DNA of 32,000 nt from an uncultured Opitutales bacterium (GCA_934660865.1 CAKUIA010000021.1:1-32000), one strand, 5' to 3'; shown: positions 8,276-17,416, numbered from the stretch's first letter. Made by a program: numbers and translations. Notes: generated by a model not told the origin, from the letters alone.

Positions 8276-8838
8276 TGTTTGGGCGGGGTAAATCGTTCGG
8301 GTTTCGTCTCGTCGAAAGCCGCTTTTGCCGCGATTTTGTCTATATCTTTCGCCGAAAACAGCATTTCGGTTTTGTCGCCGTCCGGCTCGTAAACAACGGC
8401 CTTTACGGGGGCTTTGCCGCCAAGCGTAATTTCTATTTTGGCGGCGAATTTTTTTACAAGTTCGTCTTTCGGCGCAAGCCATATTTTGCCGTTTTCGGTT
8501 TTGCTTTCAAATTCCGAAAAGTCGCCCGAAATCATATTCAAAACCATTCGGGTAATCTGTTTTGTCTTTTCGGGCGCGGCGTTTTTTATAGGGCAAAGGG
8601 CGCCGTTTTTTTCCTCGAACTGGAACACGCCGTTTTTGTTTATTATAAGAACGCTCTTATATGGGCTAAGAACCTGCCAGCGCACGTTTTCGCCGTCGCT
8701 TACGGCAAGCGCCTTAGACGACAGCGTCTCGCCTAGCATTGCGTAGGTTTTTGTCTGCTCTATAAGCACGGCATTGGGGCCGGCAAAGCAGTGCGCGGCC
8801 AAGCACGCCGCCGAAATTATGAATGTAAACTTTTTCAT
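8272..8838 (-). CDS. LolA-like periplasmic lipid/lipoprotein carrier protein
   Basis: 188 aa with signal peptide MKKFTFIISAACLAAHCFAG. It has the size and beta-rich pattern of LolA-like proteins found in APE/flexirubin loci. There is an ATGA overlap with the upstream KS gene. Confidence 0.6.
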   Translation of the reverse strand: MKKFTFIISAACLAAHCFAGPNAVLIEQTKTYAMLGETLSSKALAVSDGENVRWQVLSPYKSVLIINKNGVFQFEEKNGALCPIKNAAPEKTKQITRMVLNMISGDFSEFESKTENGKIWLAPKDELVKKFAAKIEITLGGKAPVKAVVYEPDGDKTEMLFSAKDIDKIAAKAAFDETKPERFTPPKQ

Positions 8839-10988
8839 AAAACTTCGAAAACAAGAATTGCCGCCCTGTTTGTGCTAGACAGCACATATTGCATATAGCG
8901 CCCCTTGGCGCCGTTCTTTAGCGCCGCCAAAATTCCGAATGCCGAAGCAGAGTACGAGCTTCCGAGTTTTTCGTCTAAAAATTCGAATTTGCCGATTTTG
9001 GCAGAAACGGCTTCGGTTATTTTTTCGGCAAATTTGTTGCGCGGCATAAGCGAAAAGCACTTAACAAAATCTTTGCAATTTGCATTGGCCAAAATCTGCC
9101 CGACGCGTTCGGCCTCGGCTGCGGGGCTTTGGTCGCGTTTCGAAATATCAACAAAATCTATTTTTGCAAGGGGCTTAATGTTGCTTAATTCTTTGGACAG
9201 GTAGTAGGTTGCAGCCTGTTCGCTTAAGCAGGGCTTTGCGTGCGAATAGATTGAGTGGGCGTTCATAAACTCCTGCGCAAAGTGGTTGTATTCGTCGCTA
9301 GAGCCTACAAAGGCTGCGTCTATCGCGCTTGTCTTTATTTTGTTTATGGCGGTTTTTAGCGCACATTCAAACGAAATTTCCTTGGCCGAAACCGCAAAGT
9401 TTATGCCGTTTAATTTATGGCTTAGCGCCGCAAGCGAAGAGGCCGCGTTATGCACCGAATTTGTAAAGGAAAGCGGCTTTGCCGAATTTTCGCCCTCGGT
9501 TAAAATGGGCATTAAAAAGTTTTCGGTTTCGCCCGTCATGCCGAGCCCGGTTCCCAAACATACGCCCGTTCTTTTGGGGTTTGTTTCGGCGTTAAGGGAG
9601 TTTGCACATTCGCGCATTGCGCTTAGCAAAATCTGCTGGTGTCTGGACCACCTGCGCTTTTTTAGCGGCGATATGTTTTTTAGCGGCGTAAATGTTTGGC
9701 GTTTGCTTAAATCGCCGTAGTTTTCAAAAATTTGCGCCACATTTTCGCCCATATCCGAAAACGCCCCCAGCGAATAAACATAGCAGGGCTTTTCGTAAAA
9801 ATCTATTTTAGCGGTATTAAATTTCGAAAATATGGTGCACGAATTGTTGCCGCCAAACCCCAGAGAAAGCGACAGGACGCTTTCCAGGTTTTCCCTCGCA
9901 TTTTCGGTGGCGGGCTGCGGGGTAATTTCGGGGTCTTTGTCGGAAAAGCCCGTGCTTGCAAAGGCGGTGTTGTTTTGCATTGCCTCTATTGCCACTACTG
10001 CGTTAAGCAGGCCGCTTGCCCCCAATGTGTGCCCGAAAATTCCCTTTAAAGACGCGTAGCTGGGCACGTTTGAAAAGGCCCTGTTTAGGGCTTTAACTTC
10101 GGCTACGTCGTTGCCGGCGGTTCCCGTGCCGTGCGCGCATATAAACGAAATGGGCTTTTTGCCCGAAATCTTTAGCGCGCTTTCTATTGCCAAAAAGGCT
10201 CCCATGCCCTCGGGGTCGGGAGCGGTTGCGTGGTGTGCGTCGCACGACGACCCCCAGCCCGAAATATTCGCCAAAACTTTAAGCGAATTTTCTTCGACTG
10301 CCTTTTGGCTTGCCAAAATTAAAACGGCGCCGGCTTCGCCCAAATTTATGCCGTCGCGGTTTAAGTCGAAGGGCTTGCTAAAGTGTTTCGACAAAAGCAA
10401 AAGCGAGCCGAACCCGTTTAGGGTTATTCTGGAAAGGCTGTCGGCGCCGCAAACTACGGCAAAATCCAAATCGCCGCAGGAAATGGCGCAGGCTGCCGCA
10501 TCCATCGCAATAGACGAGCTTGAGCACGCCGTGGAAAACGCGCAGCATTGGCCGCTTGCCCCGATTTTTTTCGCCACAAATTCCGCCAAAGTGCTACATT
10601 CGTAGTAGCGCAGTGCCGAAAGGCTTTGGGTTTTGTTTTTTAAGTTGTCTATAATCGCGTTTTCGGTTTCGAAAACGCCGCCAATGCTTGTCCCCAAAAA
10701 TACGCCGCATTTGTATTTTTTTAGAATTTCGGCGTTAAAATTTAAAAGGCTTTGGTTTAAGGCCGCCAAAAGCATTTTGCCGCAGTTGGATATTTTCGAC
10801 GCGTTTTTTAATTCGGGTATTTCGGCCTGCGCCGAAAACCTGTCGGCAAACTTTTCGCTTTCGAACAGGTTTTGGTGTTTTAACGCGCGCCGCTGCAAAA
10901 GCGCCAGGTTGTAGGCCGCATTGGGGCTGCGGGCGCCTGCGCACCAAAGCCCGTGCGAAACTACGGCAATGCTTTGGCTCTTCATCAT
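8835..10988 (-). CDS. Second fused KS plus CLF-like protein, 717 aa
   Basis: The N-terminal half has FSTACSSSSIAMD (Cys), DAHHATAPDP, ICAHGTGTAGND and GIFGHTLGASG. The C-terminal KS-like half reads AVSAKEISFECAL at the aligned site, with no Cys. Confidence 0.85.
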   Translation of the reverse strand: MMKSQSIAVVSHGLWCAGARSPNAAYNLALLQRRALKHQNLFESEKFADRFSAQAEIPELKNASKISNCGKMLLAALNQSLLNFNAEILKKYKCGVFLGTSIGGVFETENAIIDNLKNKTQSLSALRYYECSTLAEFVAKKIGASGQCCAFSTACSSSSIAMDAAACAISCGDLDFAVVCGADSLSRITLNGFGSLLLLSKHFSKPFDLNRDGINLGEAGAVLILASQKAVEENSLKVLANISGWGSSCDAHHATAPDPEGMGAFLAIESALKISGKKPISFICAHGTGTAGNDVAEVKALNRAFSNVPSYASLKGIFGHTLGASGLLNAVVAIEAMQNNTAFASTGFSDKDPEITPQPATENARENLESVLSLSLGFGGNNSCTIFSKFNTAKIDFYEKPCYVYSLGAFSDMGENVAQIFENYGDLSKRQTFTPLKNISPLKKRRWSRHQQILLSAMRECANSLNAETNPKRTGVCLGTGLGMTGETENFLMPILTEGENSAKPLSFTNSVHNAASSLAALSHKLNGINFAVSAKEISFECALKTAINKIKTSAIDAAFVGSSDEYNHFAQEFMNAHSIYSHAKPCLSEQAATYYLSKELSNIKPLAKIDFVDISKRDQSPAAEAERVGQILANANCKDFVKCFSLMPRNKFAEKITEAVSAKIGKFEFLDEKLGSSYSASAFGILAALKNGAKGRYMQYVLSSTNRAAILVFEVL

Positions 10989-11245
10989 CGCTTCGACGAA
11001 ATGTAGTCTGCCAATGCGCCCATTGTGGCGAAAATCTTTTTGGCTTCGTCTTTGTCGTCTACCGAAATTTTATATTTGTTTTCGAGCATAACGATAAGCT
11101 CTAGGGCGTCTACCGAGTCCAGCCCAAGGCCGTCGTCCTCGAAAAGCGGGGTGTTTTCGTCGGCAAAATCCAAGTCGGCCGCCTGAATGTTCAGGGAAGA
11201 AGCCAGGTTCTTTTTTATGTCTGCAATCAAGTCTTGTCTGTCCAT
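10985..11245 (-). CDS. Acyl carrier protein
   Basis: 86 aa with the phosphopantetheine-attachment motif DDGLGLDSVDALELIVMLE. Confidence 0.9.
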   Translation of the reverse strand: MDRQDLIADIKKNLASSLNIQAADLDFADENTPLFEDDGLGLDSVDALELIVMLENKYKISVDDKDEAKKIFATMGALADYISSKR

Positions 11246-11291
11246 ATAATACGGAGCAATACTTGTCTACAACGCCGTTATAGGCAAGCAT

Positions 11292-12161
11292 TTATTCCCA
11301 ATAGTCGTAAAAATTGAACCATTGGTAGGGGTATTTCCTGACATAACATTCCAGCTGCCTTACGCACATTTGGGCAAATTCGTTTATGTCGGCGTGCATT
11401 TTTAAAGATTGCGCGCTGCAAAGCTCAAGCATTTGGTATCGGCAAAGGCCTTTTCTTACGCAAAGCGTTTGTATAATGCCCTTGCGCGCCGCCATTGCCA
11501 GTGCAAAAGGCGCAATCGAAAACTTTATTTTTTTGCCCAAAAACGGCGTTTCAATATATTTGCCGCCCGCGTACCTGTCGGAATGTATGGCAATAATGGT
11601 GCCGTTTTTAAGCTCTTTATACGCTGCAAGCGACGCAAATTCGTCTTCGTAGCCGCCAACGCTTTTAAGGGCGTCTATCTTGCTAGACTTTTCCCATAAA
11701 GAGGCAATTTTACCGTCTTCGGTTTGCGTGCCCAAAATTTTTACGGGGCACTTATATTGTTTTAAAGTATCGGCCGAAATTGCCCAGCCGCCGAAGTGCG
11801 CCGTTAAAACTACGCAGGAACCTCCTTTTTTTACAAAATCTGAAATTTCTTTGCCGCAAAGATTTGCAATTTTTATTTTTTTGCTTTTAAGGTGGTAGGC
11901 GGCTTTGTCTAAAAGGCATATTCCGAAGTTTAAAAAGTGCAGATACACTTTTAGCGAAAAATATGCGGGTTTTTTGCCGAAAACCATTTTTAGGTAGTTG
12001 CGCGAAATTGCGTTTAGCGACGGCCTAAAATACGCAAAATAAAACGCCACAAATACAAGCAACAAATATGCGGGAGCAAGCCCCGCCTTTAGCAGCATTG
12101 CAAAGCACCAGTTGCCGAAATAGCCGCCGTACGATTTGCCTTTCCATTTAACGTTTTGCAT
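11292..12161 (-). CDS. LpxL/HtrB-type (lipid A biosynthesis-like) lysophospholipid acyltransferase, ApeD-like
   Basis: 289 aa with an N-terminal membrane anchor (GNWCFAMLLKAGLAPAYLLLVFVAFYFAYF). Size, organisation and position beside the ACP are typical of LABLAT-family acyltransferases in APE clusters. Confidence 0.7.
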   Translation of the reverse strand: MQNVKWKGKSYGGYFGNWCFAMLLKAGLAPAYLLLVFVAFYFAYFRPSLNAISRNYLKMVFGKKPAYFSLKVYLHFLNFGICLLDKAAYHLKSKKIKIANLCGKEISDFVKKGGSCVVLTAHFGGWAISADTLKQYKCPVKILGTQTEDGKIASLWEKSSKIDALKSVGGYEDEFASLAAYKELKNGTIIAIHSDRYAGGKYIETPFLGKKIKFSIAPFALAMAARKGIIQTLCVRKGLCRYQMLELCSAQSLKMHADINEFAQMCVRQLECYVRKYPYQWFNFYDYWE

Positions 12162-14472
12162 TGTCTTTTATCAAAATGTTGCAAAGAGGGTATGTTATGC
12201 AGGTTGAGGCCAGATAAACGCACAATATCGAAAGCGCGGCGGCCGCCCCCAGACTTTTTAGCACGGGGCTTTGCGTTAACGCCAAAGAGCCGAATGCGAT
12301 TATTGTTGTAAGCGCCGAAAGCGCAACGCACGCCTGCGTTTTTGCGGGGGCAAAATTGCCGCTTTTTGCGCATATTGTAAACACGGCATAGTCTTGCGCC
12401 AAACAGATTGCGAAAATAACGAATATTGCGTTTACAGGATTTACCGAAATTTTAAATATGCCCATAAGGGCCGCCGCCCACAAAATTCCCAAAAACACGC
12501 TTAGCATTACAACAAGCGTTTTCTTTGCGCTTTTAAACATAAAAAGCAAATAGGCCACCGCAAACAATACGGCAAAACACGCAAATTTGGCCGTCCAGAT
12601 TTTCGAAAGCGACGCCATATTTTCGCCGAAAGCCCTTGCGTTGTACAGGCTTGCCGAAGGCATAAATTCCCTCAATTTCCGCTCAAGATTTTCGAAATTT
12701 TCGCCGTCGACATTCTTTATTACGGTAAGTGCCGCCTTTTGCGAAATGAAGTTTTCGGCAAAATCGCTAAACGGCGTTTTTTGCAGGCTTTCCATATTGT
12801 GCGCGTTTTGCGCGTTTAACACGGCGTCTTTAAAAAATTCGGGCTTAAAGCCAAGCTCTTTTGCCGATTCGTAAAAGTTTGCAACGGCCTGTTTGCCTTG
12901 CGGCGACGCCCAAAATTTTCGCCAAATTTCGAGGCTTTTTTGCGCGCTTTTGTTTGAGGGGCAAAGCACGCTTGCGCTTTTAAAGTCCAGATTTTGCCCT
13001 TTTAAAAATTCCGCCAAAAGCTCGTTGTTTTGCCTTAAAGCTTCGGGGGTGTCGGCATATACAACGGCGTAGGTGTCGTTGTAAAGGGCGTTTGCCCAAA
13101 GTTTGCCGATCAGCTGCAAGTCGGCCTTTCTTTGGGCGGAAATGCCGTTTAGCGAATTTATGTCGCTTTCGAATTTAATATTGTGCGCAAAAAACAGCGC
13201 GGGCAAAACCGAAAGGGCGGCCACCGCAAACAGCACTTTGCCGAAACGTTTTTGAATGCGGCATACTATCCGCCCGAACTTTTCGAAAACGGTTGTTTTT
13301 TGCAAATTAGCCTTTTTGTATAAAAAGGGTAGGCATAGCGTAAAGACCGCGGTAAGCAGAATGCCCAAAGCGCCGAAAACCCCTAGCTGTGCAAACCCCG
13401 TGTTCGAAAAGAAAAATATTATGGCAAAGGCCGCAATGCTGGTTCCCGCGGCAATGCAGACTGGCTTTGCAAAATCCGCCGCTATTTTGTTGGGGGTGCG
13501 TCCCGATTCTACGGCATAGATTATGTGTATTGCATAGTCTATGCCGACGCCCACGGCTATTGCCGCAAACGCCAGCGCTATCGCCGAAATTTTGTCGTAG
13601 ACAACAGTTAAAATGCAAAACGCCAACGCCATGCCCGCCAAAGACGGGATTATTGCAAATATTAAATTAAGCTTTCGCTTAAAGGCAACGGCGCAAATGC
13701 ACGCCAGCAAAACTGCGGTTATGTATAGCGATTTAGACGATTCGCTTTTCGAGATTTTCGCGTTTTCTGCTCCGGTAATGCAGCCGCCGCTAAAGGCGGT
13801 TTTTGTCCCGAATTTTTTGTCTATTTTTTGCGTCGCATTTTCTGCAAATTCGCAAAAATTTGCCGCCTTTTGCGTGTTCGAGGGAGGGAAATCTACCGTA
13901 GCTACAAGCAGCACATTGCCGTCTTTGCAAAGAAAACCGTTGTTTATTTCGCAGTTTTCGTCTTTAAACGCCGCCAGATAGCCGAAAACAACATTGCACA
14001 TTCCGAAGGGGTCTTTCGCCAAAATTTTCTTTGCAACCGCCCCCTCGGGCGAAAGCATTTTCCTTTTATATTCGGCCAGGCGCTTTTTGGTTTCCTCTTT
14101 TTTTAGGCTGTTTAAAAAGCTTTCGTAATTTGCGTAAAATATGTATGCAAACGAGTTTGTTATGTTGTCTATTGCGCTTTCGAAGTTTTCCGGGGAAGTT
14201 TTCGGGCGGTTTACCTTTGCGCCCGATTTTTCGAGCCTTTCCGATAAATCTTCGGCGGCCGTTAGGGCGTTTTTGCCCGAAATGTTAAAGTATACCTTTT
14301 TCGAAAAATCCAGATTTTCGGCGGCCTTTTTTTGCGATAAAATCGAGTCGTTTACAACGGCAAGTATGTCGAACGGGTTTTCGTCGAAAACCGCATTATG
14401 CAGGCGCAATGCGGCGAAAACGGCTATAAAAGCCGCTGTTAACGCGAAAATAAGCAGATTCTTTTTGCGCAT
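12148..14472 (-). CDS. MMPL/RND-superfamily exporter (ApeM-like)
   Basis: ~774 aa with two repeated halves, each a large soluble loop followed by a TM bundle. MMPL-like motifs GVGIDYAIHIIYA and ICLAQDYAVFTI are present. Start taken at MRKKNLLIFALTAAF (14472), 5 nt after the GT2 stop. Confidence 0.8.
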   Translation of the reverse strand: MRKKNLLIFALTAAFIAVFAALRLHNAVFDENPFDILAVVNDSILSQKKAAENLDFSKKVYFNISGKNALTAAEDLSERLEKSGAKVNRPKTSPENFESAIDNITNSFAYIFYANYESFLNSLKKEETKKRLAEYKRKMLSPEGAVAKKILAKDPFGMCNVVFGYLAAFKDENCEINNGFLCKDGNVLLVATVDFPPSNTQKAANFCEFAENATQKIDKKFGTKTAFSGGCITGAENAKISKSESSKSLYITAVLLACICAVAFKRKLNLIFAIIPSLAGMALAFCILTVVYDKISAIALAFAAIAVGVGIDYAIHIIYAVESGRTPNKIAADFAKPVCIAAGTSIAAFAIIFFFSNTGFAQLGVFGALGILLTAVFTLCLPFLYKKANLQKTTVFEKFGRIVCRIQKRFGKVLFAVAALSVLPALFFAHNIKFESDINSLNGISAQRKADLQLIGKLWANALYNDTYAVVYADTPEALRQNNELLAEFLKGQNLDFKSASVLCPSNKSAQKSLEIWRKFWASPQGKQAVANFYESAKELGFKPEFFKDAVLNAQNAHNMESLQKTPFSDFAENFISQKAALTVIKNVDGENFENLERKLREFMPSASLYNARAFGENMASLSKIWTAKFACFAVLFAVAYLLFMFKSAKKTLVVMLSVFLGILWAAALMGIFKISVNPVNAIFVIFAICLAQDYAVFTICAKSGNFAPAKTQACVALSALTTIIAFGSLALTQSPVLKSLGAAAALSILCVYLASTCITYPLCNILIKDNAKR

Positions 14473-14477
14473 AAAAC

Positions 14478-15191
14478 CTATTTTAAAGCCAGCTTTTTTA
14501 AAACGCACTTTGGCAGCAACAGGCTTTCGAAATACAGCCGCGTGTTCATAAGCGAAAATTTAAGGGTATCTAAAAACGGCTTGTAGTGCGAATTTTTTAG
14601 GCTTTCTTCGGTGTATACGGCCGGTATTTTAAGCTCTTTTAAGCCTATGTTGCCCCAGGCTGCCTTTACCAAAATTTCGGTTTCGAAAACAAAGCCCGAA
14701 AAATTCAGCCTAAGCTTTTCTATCTCTTTTAGCGGGTAGCACCTATAGCCGCATTGCGTATCGCCTATCTTTATTTTTGTTTCCCTGTAAAACCAAAAGT
14801 TCGAAAATTTGTTCATAAAAAGCCGCTTTGGCGGAATGGGCATTGTGGGGTGTTCAAAGTCTCTTACGCCAACGATTATCGATTCGGGGTTTTCGGAGGC
14901 GGCCCTTGCAAAATTTTGCGCAAATTCGGGCGGGTGCTGCATGTCGGCGTCTAAGGTTATGGCGTGCGTAAAGCCAACAGCAAGCGCCTTTTTAAAGGCA
15001 ATTTTTAGCGACTGCGCCTTGCCCAAATTTTTTTTGTTCCTTATAACAAGCGAGTTTTGATTTTTAAAGCTTACGGGGGTTTGCGAGCCGTCGTCTACAA
15101 CAATAGTAAAAAAATTGCGCGAGACTGTTTCGGCAACATAGTTTAGGCTTTTGTTGTGGTTGTAGCAGGCAATTACCGCACAGATTTTCAT
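14478..15191 (-). CDS. Family 2 glycosyltransferase
   Basis: MKICAVIACYNHNKS..., VVDDGSQ and TLDADMQHPP are GT2 (GT-A, DxD) hallmarks. Start taken at the ATG at 15191. Confidence 0.8.
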   Translation of the reverse strand: MKICAVIACYNHNKSLNYVAETVSRNFFTIVVDDGSQTPVSFKNQNSLVIRNKKNLGKAQSLKIAFKKALAVGFTHAITLDADMQHPPEFAQNFARAASENPESIIVGVRDFEHPTMPIPPKRLFMNKFSNFWFYRETKIKIGDTQCGYRCYPLKEIEKLRLNFSGFVFETEILVKAAWGNIGLKELKIPAVYTEESLKNSHYKPFLDTLKFSLMNTRLYFESLLLPKCVLKKLALK

Positions 15192-15263
15192 AGGCAGACT
15201 TTTTGCGCTTGAATAGTGTTTATATAAAAGCAATAGTAATTTTTTATAAAAGGTATCTAAAAT
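15192..15263. promoter_or_regulatory. AT-rich divergent intergenic region between the 8-gene minus operon and the ACP/GcvT-like/FabG operon
   Basis: This is the only non-coding gap between the two divergent operons. It contains a possible TTGAAT (15209-15214), a 17 nt spacer and AATAGT (15232-15237), plus an 8-nt direct repeat, tataaaag. No strong consensus was found. Confidence 0.3.
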
Positions 15264-15536
15264 ATGATAGTCAACAACGAAAATCTTGATAAAAGACGCA
15301 ACGTTTGTTCGGAGCTTAAAAGCAAGCTTATAGAGGCTTTGGATTTGCCCTATTTGCCGGGCGATTTGTCCGACGATATTCCCATTGTGGGCCTCGGCCT
15401 CGGGCTGGATTCGCTGGATATTCTGGAAGTTGTAAGCTGTGTGGAAAGCAATTTCGGCGTAAAAATGCCCGAATCGGGGCTTGGCGAGCTTCGCTCGATA
15501 AACACTTTGGTAGACTATATTTTGGCTAATAAATGA
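15264..15536 (+). CDS. Acyl carrier protein (second copy)
   Basis: 90 aa containing VGLGLGLDSLDILEVV. Confidence 0.85.
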   Translation: MIVNNENLDKRRNVCSELKSKLIEALDLPYLPGDLSDDIPIVGLGLGLDSLDILEVVSCVESNFGVKMPESGLGELRSINTLVDYILANK

Positions 15537-16600
15537 AAACTATGCTTTTAAGGGAAAATTGGGCGAATGCCGAAAAATTTGCAAACGTAGCGGGCAGCGA
15601 AGCCGTTGCCGTGTATAAATCGCTTAAAGACGAATATGCGGCCTTGCGCAACAGCGCGCTTTTAAGCGAATTGTCGTATTTAAAGCCCCTTGTATATACC
15701 GAAAGCGACGCCGCAGACAATCTCGACGCGGTTTTGACATCGAACATACTAAAGCTTAGGTACGGCAAGGTTATAGACTCTTTTTTGGCGGACAAAAACG
15801 GAAATATTGCCTCCGAAACCTTTGTGGCCGACACGGGCGACTTTATTTTGCTTTTTGCCGACGCTTTTGACAATGCCGACATTTCGGCTTTAAAAAACGG
15901 AGCGAAAGACGCAGGCGAAACTCATTGCGTTTTTTCGGTAGACGGGCCTTTGGCGTATAAGGCCGCAAAAGAGGTTTTCGGTTCCGACATTTTAAACCTT
16001 TCGTTTATGTCGTGCGAAACGTACAACTACGAGGGCGAAAAGGTTGTTTTGCTGCGCTGCGGCAAAACGGGCGAATTTGGCTATATGTTTTTTGCGCCGC
16101 TTGCGGTTGCAGACAGGCTTTTTAAACAGCTTAAAGGCGCGGTGGAAAATCTTGGCGGCTGCCTTGGAGGCTTTGAAGCTCTGGATTTGGCCGCGATGGA
16201 ATCGAACTTCTTTTGCGCAAGAAACGAGGGCGCAAAAATCGGCAATATGGCGCAGCTTGGGCTGTTGTGGGCGGTAGATTTCGACAAGGAATCGTTTTCG
16301 GGTTCCGAAAAAATATTCGAATACCGCAAAGACGAATCTTTAATGCCCGTAGTTTGCGTAAGGGGCAATATTGCCGAAAATGCCGAAATTTTCGCAAACG
16401 GCGAAAGCGTAGGGCGCGTTGTTTGCAGCAAATTCAGCTACGCGCTAAACGACAATTTGGGCATGGCAGTTTTCAATCGCAAATATGCGTTGGCGGGCTT
16501 CGAGTTTTCGTCGAAAGCCGGCGAAAACTTGGGCGACATTTCCACAATTTCGCGCCCGTGCGTTATGACAAAAAGCCTTGAAAACGGAATGGAGCAATAG
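15533..16600 (+). CDS. Aminomethyltransferase-fold (GcvT/YgfZ family) folate-binding-type protein
   Basis: EYAALRNSALLSELSYLKPLVYTESDAADNLDAVLTSNILKL resembles the GcvT N-terminus (EhxAvRxxAglFDlShmgk..v.GpdA..fLq.l.tndv..L). VVLLRCGKTGEFGYMFFAP resembles isRtGYTGEdGfEi. An ATGA overlap joins it to the ACP gene. Confidence 0.7.
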   Translation: MKTMLLRENWANAEKFANVAGSEAVAVYKSLKDEYAALRNSALLSELSYLKPLVYTESDAADNLDAVLTSNILKLRYGKVIDSFLADKNGNIASETFVADTGDFILLFADAFDNADISALKNGAKDAGETHCVFSVDGPLAYKAAKEVFGSDILNLSFMSCETYNYEGEKVVLLRCGKTGEFGYMFFAPLAVADRLFKQLKGAVENLGGCLGGFEALDLAAMESNFFCARNEGAKIGNMAQLGLLWAVDFDKESFSGSEKIFEYRKDESLMPVVCVRGNIAENAEIFANGESVGRVVCSKFSYALNDNLGMAVFNRKYALAGFEFSSKAGENLGDISTISRPCVMTKSLENGMEQ

Positions 16601-17334
16601 TGAAATTTTCGGGTAAAACGGTTTTGGTTACGGGCGGCTCGCGCGGCATAGGGGCTGCCATAGTGGAGCTTTTTGCCGAAGAGGGCGCATTTGTATGCTT
16701 TACGTATAAATCCTCCGCGCAGCTTGCCGAAGATTTGGCAAAGAAAACGGGCGGCAAGGCGTATCAATGCGGGCAGGACAACCCAGCGGAAATCTCGCGC
16801 ATTGTAGACGAAATTTGCGCCGAGCGCGGCAGGATAGACATTCTTGTAAACAACGCGGGCATTACAAAAGACGGCTACATAATGCTTATGGGCGAAAACG
16901 ATTTTAAAAGCGTTATCGACACAAACCTTACGGGCGCGTTTTTGTGGACAAAGGCGGTTATGCGCAAAATGTATGCAAAAAAATCGGGCAGCGTTGTGTT
17001 TGTTTCGTCGGTGTCGGGCCTAACGGGCGTTGTAGGGCAGGCCAACTATGCGGCAAGCAAGGGGGCAATGCTTTCGTTTATGCGCGTTGCGGCTGCCGAA
17101 GGCGGCATGAAAGGCATTCGCGTAAACGCCGTTGCCCCCGGTTTTGTTAAGACCGATATGACGGCGAAAATGCCGCGCGCCATAGCGGCAGCCCAGTGCG
17201 AAAAAATTACGCTAAAGCGTTTTGCAGACCCCGTTGAAATTGCAAGGGCGGTTTTGTTTTTGGCGGGCGACGAGGCCTCGTACATAACGGGGCAGTGCCT
17301 TGTTGTAGACGGCGGGCTAATTTCGCACGCGTAA
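16600..17334 (+). CDS. 3-oxoacyl-ACP reductase (SDR, FabG-like)
   Basis: GKTVLVTGGSRGIGAAIV (TGxxxGxG), NNAG and the YAASKGA catalytic Tyr/Lys. The GTG start overlaps the previous stop by 1 nt. Confidence 0.9.
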   Translation: MKFSGKTVLVTGGSRGIGAAIVELFAEEGAFVCFTYKSSAQLAEDLAKKTGGKAYQCGQDNPAEISRIVDEICAERGRIDILVNNAGITKDGYIMLMGENDFKSVIDTNLTGAFLWTKAVMRKMYAKKSGSVVFVSSVSGLTGVVGQANYAASKGAMLSFMRVAAAEGGMKGIRVNAVAPGFVKTDMTAKMPRAIAAAQCEKITLKRFADPVEIARAVLFLAGDEASYITGQCLVVDGGLISHA

Positions 17335-17339
17335 GGCTT

Positions 17340-17375
17340 GCGCGGAAAATGCGGCGTATTTTGCGCGCGGCTTTT
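17340..17375. terminator. Candidate hairpin terminator between convergent FabG-like and flavoprotein genes
   Basis: Arms gcgcggaaaat (17340-17350) and attttgcgcgc (17358-17368) pair at 10 of 11 positions around a 7-nt loop. ggcttttgg follows, so the T-tract is weak. Confidence 0.35.
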
Positions 17376-17416
17376 GGCTTTCGTTGTGTTTGCCAATATA
17401 TGGCCAAAAAAGCGTT

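Noticed and set aside
8276-8482. N-terminal 69-aa extension of the 7781-8482 ORF
   Set aside because: The extension is Arg-rich, lies inside the LolA-like gene in another frame, and precedes a textbook signal peptide starting at the ATG at 8275. The short form was chosen.
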